From an uncultured beta proteobacterium (GTDB taxonomy: Bacteria > Pseudomonadota > Gammaproteobacteria > Burkholderiales > Burkholderiaceae_C): a stretch of DNA of 64,000 nucleotides. The stretch spans positions 1,663,945 to 1,727,944 of the forward strand of contig CAVXMS010000003.1 in NCBI GenBank assembly GCA_963763035.1. The letters are read 5' to 3'. The notes below the pieces were generated by a model. It had not been told where the DNA came from. It saw only the letters and a list, made by a program, of their open reading frames with translations, and did no database searches. The first letter of the stretch is position 1. Each line of letters starts with the position of its first letter. Shown piece by piece: positions 40,897-49,441 of the stretch. A program made the position numbers and the translations under genes.

Positions 40897-41925
40897 ATGC
40901 AACTCCTCAACACCCTTTACGTCACCACTGCGGATACCTATCTGCGCCTGGACAATGACACCCTGCGCGTCGAGGTGGAGAAAGAGACCAGGCTGCGTGT
41001 GCCACTGCACCACTTGAGCGCGGTCGTGTGTTTTGGCCACACGGGCTTGTCGGCCCCACTCATGCACCGGCTGGCTGATGACGGTATTGCGCTGGTGCTG
41101 CTGGACGATAACGGGCGTTTCAAAGCCAGGCTAGAGGGTGCGGTCACTGGCAATGTGCTGCTGCGCCAAGCCCAGTTTCAACGCGTGGCAGATCCAGTGT
41201 TTACGCTGGACATGGCACGCGCTTGTGTGGCCGGTAAGATCAAAAACACACGTCAGGTATTGCAGCGTGGCGCCCGTGAGGCCAAGCTTGAAGACGAGGC
41301 CAAGGCGTTGACCCGCCTGGCAGACGATCTGGCTGCTGGTCTGCGTGCGCTGCCAGAGGCCACCGACCTGGATGTCTTGCGGGGTATTGAGGGTGAGGCC
41401 GCGCGCCAGTATTTCAGCGGCCTCAATCTTCTGGTGCGCTCTGACCAACGTGCAGCCTTTGCCATGGACGGGCGCACGCGCCGCCCGCCGCGTGATCGTT
41501 TCAATGCCATGTTGTCGTTCCTGTATGCCATGTGGATGAACGATTGCCGCTCTGCGCTGGAGGCTGCGGGCCTGGACCCACAGGCTGGTTTTTTGCATGC
41601 CTTGCGCCCCGGCCGCGCAGCTTTGGCGCTGGACTTGATGGAAGAATTTCGCCCATGGGCAGACCGGCTGGCGCTGACCTTGATTAACCGGGGTCAACTG
41701 GAGGCTGACGATTTTGCGCTGCGCGAAGGTGGCGGTGTGTCACTGGAGCCGGATGCCCGCAAGGCCGTGGTGGTGGCGTATCAAGAGCGCAAGCGCGACG
41801 AGATCAATCACCCATTGCTGGCGCTGTCTGTTCCCCTGGGTCTGGTGCCCTTGGTGCAGGCCCGCTTGATGGCGCGCGCCTTGCGCGATGATGGCGCACC
41901 GTATGTGCCGTTTGTGGCCAAGTAA
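40897..41925 (+). CDS. cas1: Cas1 integrase (type I-C)
   Basis: 342 aa, Cas1 family throughout (NTLYVTTADTYLRLDNDTLRV, GIEGEAARQYF, NAMLSFLYAM). Confidence 0.95.
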   Translation: MQLLNTLYVTTADTYLRLDNDTLRVEVEKETRLRVPLHHLSAVVCFGHTGLSAPLMHRLADDGIALVLLDDNGRFKARLEGAVTGNVLLRQAQFQRVADPVFTLDMARACVAGKIKNTRQVLQRGAREAKLEDEAKALTRLADDLAAGLRALPEATDLDVLRGIEGEAARQYFSGLNLLVRSDQRAAFAMDGRTRRPPRDRFNAMLSFLYAMWMNDCRSALEAAGLDPQAGFLHALRPGRAALALDLMEEFRPWADRLALTLINRGQLEADDFALREGGGVSLEPDARKAVVVAYQERKRDEINHPLLALSVPLGLVPLVQARLMARALRDDGAPYVPFVAK

Positions 41926-41934
41926 GGAAGTCTC

Positions 41935-42225
41935 ATGCTGGTGCTGGTTTGTTACGACGTGAGTACCGAAACCAAGGCCGGGCGCCGCCGCTTGCGCCGG
42001 GTTGCCAAAGTTTGCGAAAGTACCGGGCAGCGGGTTCAAAAGTCGGTGTTTGAATGTCAACTGGACCTCGCGCGGTTCGAGACGCTTGAGCGAGAATTGC
42101 TGGCCGAGATCGATGCGAAACAAGACTGCTTACGCCTGTATCGCATACCGGAGACACGCGGTTTTGAAGTTCTGGAGCACGGTGCCTTCAAGGCGGTGGA
42201 CTTTGATGGGCCGCTGGTGCTCTGA
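41935..42225 (+). CDS. cas2: Cas2
   Basis: 96 aa with the canonical [11 protein letters not shown]-terminus and QKSVFEC motif. Confidence 0.92.
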   Translation: MLVLVCYDVSTETKAGRRRLRRVAKVCESTGQRVQKSVFECQLDLARFETLERELLAEIDAKQDCLRLYRIPETRGFEVLEHGAFKAVDFDGPLVL

Positions 42226-42450
42226 TTGCGTTTTGATATAGCCACGGACACCGGGTCTGTGATAAGGTCAACACCGCGAACCTCAAGTGGTGGACTTCTC
42301 GCTATAAGGTTCGCGCGCTACGCAAGCCATTGATTCACATGACCTTTCAGAATTACTTTATTGAAATTCACAGTCCGAATCTTGTTGAACAACGAGGTTC
42401 GCGCGAATGCACCAAAAATGCCTTTGCTGACAACCTTTTGGCGGCGAAGC
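42226..42450 (+). promoter_or_regulatory. CRISPR leader
   Basis: Non-coding, comparatively AT-rich 225 bp between cas2 and repeat 1. It contains three copies of an AGGTTCGCG(CG) motif: 42275-42283 inverted, and 42307-42317 and 42395-42405 direct. Confidence 0.6.
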
Positions 42451-43992
42451 GGATCGCCCGGCAGTGATGCCGGGCGCGGATTGAAACATGAGTTGTCGTC
42501 ATCGTGGGCTCCTGGGAAAAAAGGATCGCCCGGCAGTGATGCCGGGCGCGGATTGAAACCGCCGTGATGCCCTTGTAGTAACTCTCGGGCAGTTGGATCG
42601 CCCGGCAGTGATGCCGGGCGCGGATTGAAACGTACGACGCGCCTCCTTAACCTGGGCAGACTCTGGGATCGCCCGGCAGTGATGCCGGGCGCGGATTGAA
42701 ACATCCCGCCAAATCACTCCGACGTACTTCCGGTACGGATCGCCCGGCAGTGATGCCGGGCGCGGATTGAAACCAAATACCGACATTACTATCAGCATTT
42801 GATTGAGGGATCGCCCGGCAGTGATGCCGGGCGCGGATTGAAACAAATATCAGAGCAGGCAGCCGGTCCGGCACCCTAGGGATCGCCCGGCAGTGATGCC
42901 GGGCGCGGATTGAAACTAGTTAAGGGAACTGACTACGCTAACAGTCGTTTGGGATCGCCCGGCAGTGATGCCGGGCGCGGATTGAAACGATGTCCGTCGT
43001 TGTAGTGAACACGGCACCACTGGCGGATCGCCCGGCAGTGATGCCGGGCGCGGATTGAAACGTTTACGACATGCCGTTGATCTCGCTCGCCGGTGGGGAT
43101 CGCCCGGCAGTGATGCCGGGCGCGGATTGAAACACTCAGTTTTACTCAGGTGAGCGCACCAGCCAGTGGGATCGCCCGGCAGTGATGCCGGGCGCGGATT
43201 GAAACTAAATGGACCCATTCTGTAAAACTCTGGTATCCGGGGATCGCCCGGCAGTGATGCCGGGCGCGGATTGAAACAAAATCAGCCTGTTGCCAGGCTT
43301 GGCGGTATTGCGGGATCGCCCGGCAGTGATGCCGGGCGCGGATTGAAACGAATAATTAGCCACGTTACCGCCAGGAGAAACATGGATCGCCCGGCAGTGA
43401 TGCCGGGCGCGGATTGAAACAAGTGGGGGGTCCATCCTCTCACATGGTTGAGCGGATCGCCCGGCAGTGATGCCGGGCGCGGATTGAAACAAAACAAAGG
43501 TCAGAATTGCAAGAGCAATAAAAGGGGATCGCCCGGCAGTGATGCCGGGCGCGGATTGAAACGGCGAGTGCAGTAGTACATCCCACGAAGCGTACTCGGA
43601 TCGCCCGGCAGTGATGCCGGGCGCGGATTGAAACATTTCTTTTCCTTCGGCGGTACGAGTGTCACTGTGGGATCGCCCGGCAGTGATGCCGGGCGCGGAT
43701 TGAAACAAAGCAAGATTCATTGCGCCTCCGCCTCACGAGCGGATCGCCCGGCAGTGATGCCGGGCGCGGATTGAAACAGGTATCCCAGGCTGTACGACCA
43801 CGGCCCGGAGCGGGGATCGCCCGGCAGTGATGCCGGGCGCGGATTGAAACCGCGAAAAGATTGGCGCACCAGTCAGGGAAGCATGGATCGCCCGGCAGTG
43901 ATGCTGGGCGCGGATTGAAACGCGGCGATCACTGACGAGCCGCCAGAGGAAATTGGAATGGCCCGGCATTACTGCCGGGCGCAGATTAGGTC
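42451..43992 (+). CRISPR. type I-C CRISPR array: 21 intact 37-nt repeats plus 1 degenerate terminal repeat, 21 spacers of 33-36 nt
   Basis: The repeat GGATCGCCCGGCAGTGATGCCGGGCGCGGATTGAAAC recurs every 70-73 nt, starting at 42451, 42523, 42595 and so on up to 43885. It has an 8-bp stem (CGCCCGGC/GCCGGGCG), a 6-nt loop and an 11-nt 3' tail CGGATTGAAAC. Repeat 21 carries a C->T change that keeps a G-U pair. The last unit (43955-43992) is degenerate. The orientation matches the cas operon. Confidence 0.97.
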
Positions 43993-44012
43993 CGGGTTCC
44001 GACATCCGGCAG

Positions 44013-44042
44013 CCATGGATTGCGGGTCAGGCCCGCAATGAC
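44013..44042. repeat. REP-like palindromic element, copy 1 (just beyond the CRISPR array)
   Basis: CCATGGATTGCGGGTCAGGCCCGCAATGAC with 8-bp stem ATTGCGGG/CCCGCAAT. About 26/30 identical to the reverse complement of the element at 50412-50440. Confidence 0.4.
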
Positions 44043-44193
44043 AATGCGACGTTTGCTTTCGCGTGATCGAGTGGTGAATTCTGGAAGCCTTGATGGATAA
44101 GGCCTATTGCTACAGAGGTCGTCCAGAAATCGTCCAATCGTTTTTCCGCTCGGTTTGTGCCCTCGATAGACGCTGAGCGATGCGCTATTCGGG

Positions 44194-45099
44194 CTACGCC
44201 GGCTCAGGGATTTGGGCCCACACCTGGTACAGCCAGTAGCTTTCGTGGTTGATGCATCTCTTCAATTCACCAGGGCGCAGGCCGGTGACGCGGCGAAACT
44301 CGCGGCACAGGTGGGCTTGATCGGCATAGCCGCTGTCGGCGGCGATGTCCGACCAGCTCAGGGCGTTCGAGTCGAACGCCTGGCGCGCCCGAAACAGGGA
44401 CTCCTCGGCGCGCCCGATACCGCGCAGTTGGCGCAGCGCCTGGCCGGTCCAGCGCTTGATGCGGCGGTCGACTTGGCGCTCGCTGCGGCCGCCGTCCTGT
44501 TTTTCGGCACGCTGGGCGACGCTGCTGGACCAGTCCAGAAATTGCCCGGGATGGGCTGGATCAGGTGGTCGGACGGCCTGCCAGCGCGGGGTCAAAAAAT
44601 CTTCGATCAGTTGCACGCGCAAGTCATCGCTTGGCGCTTCAAGCACCGCGCGCGCCATCTGCTGCCACTGGGCATCCATGACCTCGCTGAAGGGGCTGGA
44701 CCGGTTCAAGTGCGCCGCGATGTCCAGGCCGGTCAGGGCGCGGATGGCGTCGGGATAAATGAACAGGGTAAAAAAGTGCACCGGTCCGGGGTTGTCGCTG
44801 ACCGAGGTTTGCGTGTGCGGCCCGGAGAAGATCACCGGCAGTGTCAGCGGGCCGGTTGCCGCACGCTCCAACTGGTCCAGGCGTGAGTCCCGTCCTTCGA
44901 TGATCCAGGTGATGACGCAGGTCGGGGTCGGCGGAAAATGGTTGCGCCGTTCCTCCAGGGTCAGGTCGGTGGCCAGGGTGCTGCGGGTCAGGTAGGCGCG
45001 CACACAGGCGGCCAGGGCCGGACTGGGTGCCAGCAACGCGCTATGCGTTGTGCCTTGTTTGCCGTGAACTTCTTTCACCAACCTGTGTGCCATGACCAT
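44194..45099 (-). CDS. AraC family transcriptional regulator
   Basis: 301 aa with a C-terminal double HTH (LSWSDIAADSGYADQAHLCREFRRVTGLRPGEL). Confidence 0.8.
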   Translation of the reverse strand: MVMAHRLVKEVHGKQGTTHSALLAPSPALAACVRAYLTRSTLATDLTLEERRNHFPPTPTCVITWIIEGRDSRLDQLERAATGPLTLPVIFSGPHTQTSVSDNPGPVHFFTLFIYPDAIRALTGLDIAAHLNRSSPFSEVMDAQWQQMARAVLEAPSDDLRVQLIEDFLTPRWQAVRPPDPAHPGQFLDWSSSVAQRAEKQDGGRSERQVDRRIKRWTGQALRQLRGIGRAEESLFRARQAFDSNALSWSDIAADSGYADQAHLCREFRRVTGLRPGELKRCINHESYWLYQVWAQIPEPA

Positions 45100-45178
45100 C
45101 GCCGGAGTTTATCGAAGCACCGCCCCATGTCCGAAACGTTCAAGACAACTGGCGGCGGGAGCGGGCACAGTCAAGGCC

Positions 45179-45541
45179 ATGTCAAAAAACCTCTCGTGGA
45201 TGATCTTCGCCCTGGGCATCGGTCACATTCTGTACGGCCTGATCAGCTTCCGCGCGCCGCTGGCGGCGGCCCTGTCGGACGGCCTCTTCGATCAATTCAA
45301 GGTACACCCGGGGCGGGTTGCCGCATTTTGGTTTCTGGCTTTCGGGCCGCTGCTGATGCTGGCTGGCCAGTTGTGCCTGCACGCCGTCGCTGGCGGCGAC
45401 CTGGCGACGGTCAGACTCATCGCTCGCTATCTGCTGGGCCTGGCGCTGCTGGGTGTGCTGGCCTTTCCCCGGTCACCGTTTCTGGCGGTACTCCCGATCG
45501 CCGCCTTGCTGCTGGCGCAGGGTTACGGGTTGCTGCCATGA
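45179..45541 (+). CDS. small integral membrane protein (unknown function)
   Basis: 120 aa from the ATG at 45179, with four hydrophobic segments. Its stop overlaps the next gene start (ATGA). Confidence 0.55.
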   Translation: MSKNLSWMIFALGIGHILYGLISFRAPLAAALSDGLFDQFKVHPGRVAAFWFLAFGPLLMLAGQLCLHAVAGGDLATVRLIARYLLGLALLGVLAFPRSPFLAVLPIAALLLAQGYGLLP

Positions 45542-46080
45542 GGCCTACCGTGGGTTCCGCTGAAGTGCCGCCGGGCAGCGAAATCGAGCGTCAATTGCCG
45601 GGCGCCTATTTTCACGACAGCTACCAGGCCCTGTTGCCGGCGCAGGCTGCGGGCAGTTCGGCGCTGGAGTTGAGTTTGCAGACCTTTCTCAAGACACCCC
45701 GCTGGATCGATTTCTTGATGCGCCTGCGCAACCGCGTGGTGGGCCTGGTCGGGCTGAAAAACCTGGGCTCCTTCAATCACCTTGATCCGGGCAAGCCGGC
45801 CAGCGCCTACCGCGTGGGCGATCGGGTCGGCATTTTTTCGCTGCGCTACCTGACGGACAACGAAGTCATCCTGGCCGACTCGGACAAGCACCTGGACGTG
45901 CAGGTGTCTGTTTGCAAGCTGATGCGCGACGAGGCTGTGCGGGTCAACATCTCCACCGTGGTGCATGTGCACAACCGGTTGGGCAAGCTGTACATGTTTT
46001 TCGTCGCGCCGGCGCACAAGGTGATTGCGCCGGCAACGCTGCGCGGCCTGCTGCGCCGTGGTGCTGGCAGCGGTATTTGA
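45538..46080 (+). CDS. DUF2867-like protein
   Basis: 180 aa from the ATG at 45538. Blocks typical of DUF2867: PRWIDFLMRLRNRVVGLVGLK, DKHLDVQVSV, VHVHNRLGKLYMFFVAPAHKVI. The track ORF from 44938 is a spurious 5' extension. Confidence 0.6.
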   Translation: MRPTVGSAEVPPGSEIERQLPGAYFHDSYQALLPAQAAGSSALELSLQTFLKTPRWIDFLMRLRNRVVGLVGLKNLGSFNHLDPGKPASAYRVGDRVGIFSLRYLTDNEVILADSDKHLDVQVSVCKLMRDEAVRVNISTVVHVHNRLGKLYMFFVAPAHKVIAPATLRGLLRRGAGSGI

Positions 46081-46093
46081 CAAGCTTCCTCAA

Positions 46094-46112
46094 GTATCTA
46101 CAATGTAGATAC
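46094..46112. promoter_or_regulatory. perfect palindrome, candidate MazE/MazEF operator
   Basis: GTATCTACA-A-TGTAGATAC (9-bp arms) ends 15 nt upstream of the mazE ATG, immediately before the AGGAGG RBS (46117-46122). Confidence 0.5.
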
Positions 46113-46127
46113 ATTTAGGAGGACTTC

Positions 46128-46370
46128 ATGAATACCGTCATACGCAAATGGGGCAACAGCCCCGCCGTCCGCATTCCGATGTCGGTGATGAGCCTGGCGC
46201 ACTTTGACCTTGAACAAAAAGTCAGCGTCACGGTCGAAGAGGGGAAAATAATCATTGAACCTTTGAAGCAGGTGGCGTACTCGCTGGATGAACTGGTGGC
46301 CGGCGTCACGGCTAAGAATCTGCATGCCGAAGTCGGTTTTGGTGCCCCCGTCGGCAAGGAATTGCTCTGA
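46128..46370 (+). CDS. mazE: MazE/PemI-type antitoxin (SpoVT/AbrB fold)
   Basis: 80 aa with the IRKWGNSPAVRIP swapped-hairpin motif. Confidence 0.85.
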   Translation: MNTVIRKWGNSPAVRIPMSVMSLAHFDLEQKVSVTVEEGKIIIEPLKQVAYSLDELVAGVTAKNLHAEVGFGAPVGKELL

Positions 46371-46711
46371 TGGCCACCCGCTACATACCCGATTCGGGCG
46401 ATGTTGTATGGCTCGAATTTGATCCCCAAGCGGGCCACGAACAGGCTGGCCATCGACCTGCCCTGGTCATCAGCCCGGCCAGTTACAACGGCAAGACGGG
46501 TCTCATGGTCTGCTGCCCGATGAGCACCAAGATCAAAGGTTATCCCTTTGAAGTGCTCACCTCGGTTGGTGATGTTGAGGCTGTGGTGCTTTCCGATCAA
46601 GTCAAGTCGCTTGACTGGAAAACCCGCAAGGCGAAGAAGAAAGGGAGCGTGACGGCAGAGGTGATGTTGCATGTGCGAGCCAAAATCAAAGCCCTGCTGG
46701 TGATCAGGTAA
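46370..46711 (+). CDS. mazF: MazF/PemK-type endoribonuclease toxin
   Basis: 113 aa with YIPDSGDVVWLEFDPQAGHEQAGHRPALVISP, typical of the MazF/PemK family. Its start overlaps the mazE stop. Confidence 0.88.
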   Translation: MATRYIPDSGDVVWLEFDPQAGHEQAGHRPALVISPASYNGKTGLMVCCPMSTKIKGYPFEVLTSVGDVEAVVLSDQVKSLDWKTRKAKKKGSVTAEVMLHVRAKIKALLVIR

Positions 46712-46739
46712 GCGGCCCCTTGAAGTTGCCCAACACTTG

Positions 46740-46768
46740 AAAAAAAACCGGCTTTCGCCGGTTTTTTT
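46740..46768. terminator. bidirectional rho-independent terminator between mazF and the convergent ABC operon
   Basis: A8-ACCGGC-TTTC-GCCGGT-T7: a GC stem flanked by an A-run and a T-run. Confidence 0.7.
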
Positions 46769-46785
46769 CTGCCTCAGTTCGGCGC

Positions 46786-48417
46786 CTACTCCTTGATATC
46801 GACGCCGTAGAAGCTGTGCCGGCCAAACGGGCTGAGCTTGAAGTCGATCACTTCCTTGCGTACCGGTTTGAGCTGCACCGCGTGGGCGATGGTGAACCAG
46901 GGCGCTTGCTCCTTGAAGATCACCTGGGCCTGCATGTAGAGCTTGGAGCGCTCCGCCGGGTCGCTCACGACCTTGGCTTTTTGCACCAGGTCTTCAAACG
47001 GCTTGTAGCAGAACTTGGCCACATTGCTGCCGTTCGATTTGGCGGCATCGCAACCCAGCAGAGTGTGCAGGAAGTTGTCCGGGTCGCCGTTGTCGCCGGT
47101 CCAGCCCAGCATGCCCATTTGATGTTCGCCGTTTTGCATGCGCTTGCGGTACTCACCCCACTCAAAGCTCTTGATCTCGGCCTTGATGCCGACCTTGGCC
47201 AGGTCCGCTTGCATCAGTTCGGCAATACGTCGGGCGTTGGGGTTGTAGGGGCGCTGTACCGGCATGGCCCACAGGTCGGTGCTGAAGCCATTGGGCAAGC
47301 CGGCGGCGGCCAGCAGTTTTTTAGCCGCTTCCGGGTCGAACGGATCGTCCTTGATGGCGTTGTTGTAAGACCACTGGGTCGGCGGAATCGGGTTTTTCGC
47401 CGCCACGCCGGTGCTCAGGTAAACGGCGTCGATGATGGCCTGCTTGTTGATCGCCATGTTGACCGCCTTGCGCACGCGCACATCGTCAAACGGTTTCTTG
47501 GTGGTGTTGTAGGCCAAGTAACCGACGTTCAGGCCGGCTTGTTCCAGCACCTGAACCTTGGGGTCCTTGCGCATTGCATCCAGATCGGCCGGGTTGGGGT
47601 AGGGCATCACATGGCACTCGCCTTTTTGCAGCTTGGCCCAGCGCACCGAGGCGTCGGGCGTGATGGAGAACACCAGGTCGTCGATCTTGGCCTTGCCGGC
47701 GTAGTAGTCGGGGAACGCCTTGTAGCGAATGAGGGCGTCTTTCTGGTACTGCACCAGCATGAAGGGTCCGCTGCCGATGGGTTCCTGGTCGATCTTCTCG
47801 GGCGTGCCGGCTTTCAGCATGGCATCGGCGTACTCTTTCGATTGGATGCCTGCGTATTCCATGGCCCAGCCCGACAGGAACGGCGCTTCGGGCTTGTTCA
47901 GCGTGATCTTGATGGTCAGGTCGTTGACCTTGTCGATCGACTTGATCAGCTTGTCCATGCCCATGTCGTTGAAGTAGGAGTGATTCGAGCTGGTGACCTT
48001 GAAGTAGGGGTTGCTTTCCTTCCACTGGCGTTCGATGGCAAAAATGATGTCGTCGGCGTTCATGTCGCGCGTCGGCTTGAAGTTCTTGTTGCTGTGCCAC
48101 TTGACGCCCTTGCGCAGGAAGAAGGTGTATTCCTTGCCGTCGGGGGACACCGTCCAGCGCTCGGCCAGGCCCGGCACGACCGCGGTGCCGCCGCGCTCGA
48201 AGTCGACCAGACGGCTGTAGATCTGGCTGTTGGCATCGAACGACGTACCGGTGGTGTTGATGCCAGGATAGAAGTTCTCCGGGCTGCCTTCCGAGCAGAA
48301 CACCAGCGTCTTGGCGGAAACCGGCGCCAGCGCCAGCAGCGCCGGCAGTGCCAGGGCGCACAGCAGCGAACGTTGGGTCGAGAGTTTTCGACCGCCACCT
48401 GATTTCGACTGATTCAT
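46786..48417 (-). CDS. ABC transporter substrate-binding protein, family 5 (dipeptide/oligopeptide, DppA-like)
   Basis: 543 aa from the ATG at 48415-48417, with a signal peptide (LLCALALPALLALAPVSA). DppA-like along its full length. Confidence 0.88.
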   Translation of the reverse strand: MNQSKSGGGRKLSTQRSLLCALALPALLALAPVSAKTLVFCSEGSPENFYPGINTTGTSFDANSQIYSRLVDFERGGTAVVPGLAERWTVSPDGKEYTFFLRKGVKWHSNKNFKPTRDMNADDIIFAIERQWKESNPYFKVTSSNHSYFNDMGMDKLIKSIDKVNDLTIKITLNKPEAPFLSGWAMEYAGIQSKEYADAMLKAGTPEKIDQEPIGSGPFMLVQYQKDALIRYKAFPDYYAGKAKIDDLVFSITPDASVRWAKLQKGECHVMPYPNPADLDAMRKDPKVQVLEQAGLNVGYLAYNTTKKPFDDVRVRKAVNMAINKQAIIDAVYLSTGVAAKNPIPPTQWSYNNAIKDDPFDPEAAKKLLAAAGLPNGFSTDLWAMPVQRPYNPNARRIAELMQADLAKVGIKAEIKSFEWGEYRKRMQNGEHQMGMLGWTGDNGDPDNFLHTLLGCDAAKSNGSNVAKFCYKPFEDLVQKAKVVSDPAERSKLYMQAQVIFKEQAPWFTIAHAVQLKPVRKEVIDFKLSPFGRHSFYGVDIKE

Positions 48418-48436
48418 CTTTTGGACTCCTCTTGGG

Positions 48437-49441
48437 TTAATGCTGCGACGCAGCGGGTTGGGTAAATTGTTCGGCCTCGTGGCACGCCACCTGGCGACCG
48501 GCGAGTTCGCGCAGTACCGGGCGTTCCACCTGGCAGCGCGGCGTGACGCTGGCGCAGCGGGTGGAAAAGACACAGCCGCTGGGCGGGTTCAAGGGTGACG
48601 GCAATTCGCCCTTGAGCACGATGCGTTTTCGGGTCGGGCCGCTGCCCATGATACCGGGGGTGGAGGCCAGCAGCGCCTGGGTGTAGGGATGAAGCGGTTG
48701 CGTGAACAAGGTCTTTTTCTCGCCCTGCTCGACGGCGTGCCCCAGGTACATGACCATCACTTCGTGGGCAATGTGGCGCACCACGCCAAGGTCGTGCGAG
48801 ATGAACAGATAGGCCAGGCCCAGCTCCTGTTGCAGGTCGGCCAACAGGTTCAGCACTTGCGCCTGAATCGACACGTCGAGCGCCGAGACCGGCTCGTCGG
48901 CCACGATCAGGGAGGGTTTGAGCATCAGCGCGCGTGCAATCGCGATGCGCTGGCGCTGGCCGCCCGAGAACATGTGCGGGTAACGCTCGTAGTGCTCCGG
49001 GCGCAGTCCCACCAGCGCCAGCATGGCGCGTGCCTGTTCGGTGCACTCGGGCGCTGACAGTTGGGTGTTGATCTGGAGCGGTGCTTCCAGAATGGCGCCG
49101 ATCTTCTTGCGCGGATTGAGCGAGCCGTAAGGATTCTGGAAAACCAGTTGCACGGCGCGGCGCAGCGCGTGGCGCTCGGGCGTCGGCGCGTTGACCACGT
49201 CGACGCCGTTGAGCAGCAGCTCGCCCGAGGTGGGCGTCTCGATCAGGGACACCATGCGCGCCAGCGTCGACTTGCCGCAACCCGATTCACCCACCACCGC
49301 CAGTGTCTTGCCGGGCTGCAGGGTGAAGGTAACGCCACCCACCGCCTGCAGATGTTCGGCGGCGTGAAAAAAGCCGCGGCCGATTTTGTAGACCTGGCGC
49401 AGATCGCGCGCCACCACGACGGCATGGGTGGTCGTGCTCAT
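48437..49441 (-). CDS. peptide ABC transporter ATP-binding protein (DppF-like)
   Basis: Walker [10 protein letters not shown], signature [15 protein letters not shown]. The ATG at 49439-49441 overlaps the upstream stop. Confidence 0.88.
   Translation of the reverse strand: MSTTTHAVVVARDLRQVYKIGRGFFHAAEHLQAVGGVTFTLQPGKTLAVVGESGCGKSTLARMVSLIETPTSGELLLNGVDVVNAPTPERHALRRAVQLVFQNPYGSLNPRKKIGAILEAPLQINTQLSAPECTEQARAMLALVGLRPEHYERYPHMFSGGQRQRIAIARALMLKPSLIVADEPVSALDVSIQAQVLNLLADLQQELGLAYLFISHDLGVVRHIAHEVMVMYLGHAVEQGEKKTLFTQPLHPYTQALLASTPGIMGSGPTRKRIVLKGELPSPLNPPSGCVFSTRCASVTPRCQVERPVLRELAGRQVACHEAEQFTQPAASQH

Noticed and set aside
42318-44005. Several 70-170-aa minus-strand ORFs with repeated peptides (FNPRPASLPGDP, FQSAPGITAGRS, SIRARHHCRAI)
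   Set aside because: They are translations of the CRISPR repeat in three frames. The periodicity equals the 70-73-nt repeat-spacer unit, so they are not genes.
44938-45537. N-terminal 200 codons of track ORF 44938-46080
   Set aside because: It overlaps the AraC gene (opposite strand) and the small membrane-protein gene. DUF2867-like sequence starts at the ATG at 45538, which overlaps the upstream stop.
46816-48402. 528-aa plus-strand ORF opposite the DppA-like gene. Similar antisense ORFs occur at 49462-50427, 55749-57041, 57122-58453, 60835-61500 and 62855-63919
   Set aside because: All are antisense to genes with strong family motifs and have biased Arg/Gly/Ala/His composition. These are high-GC frame artefacts.
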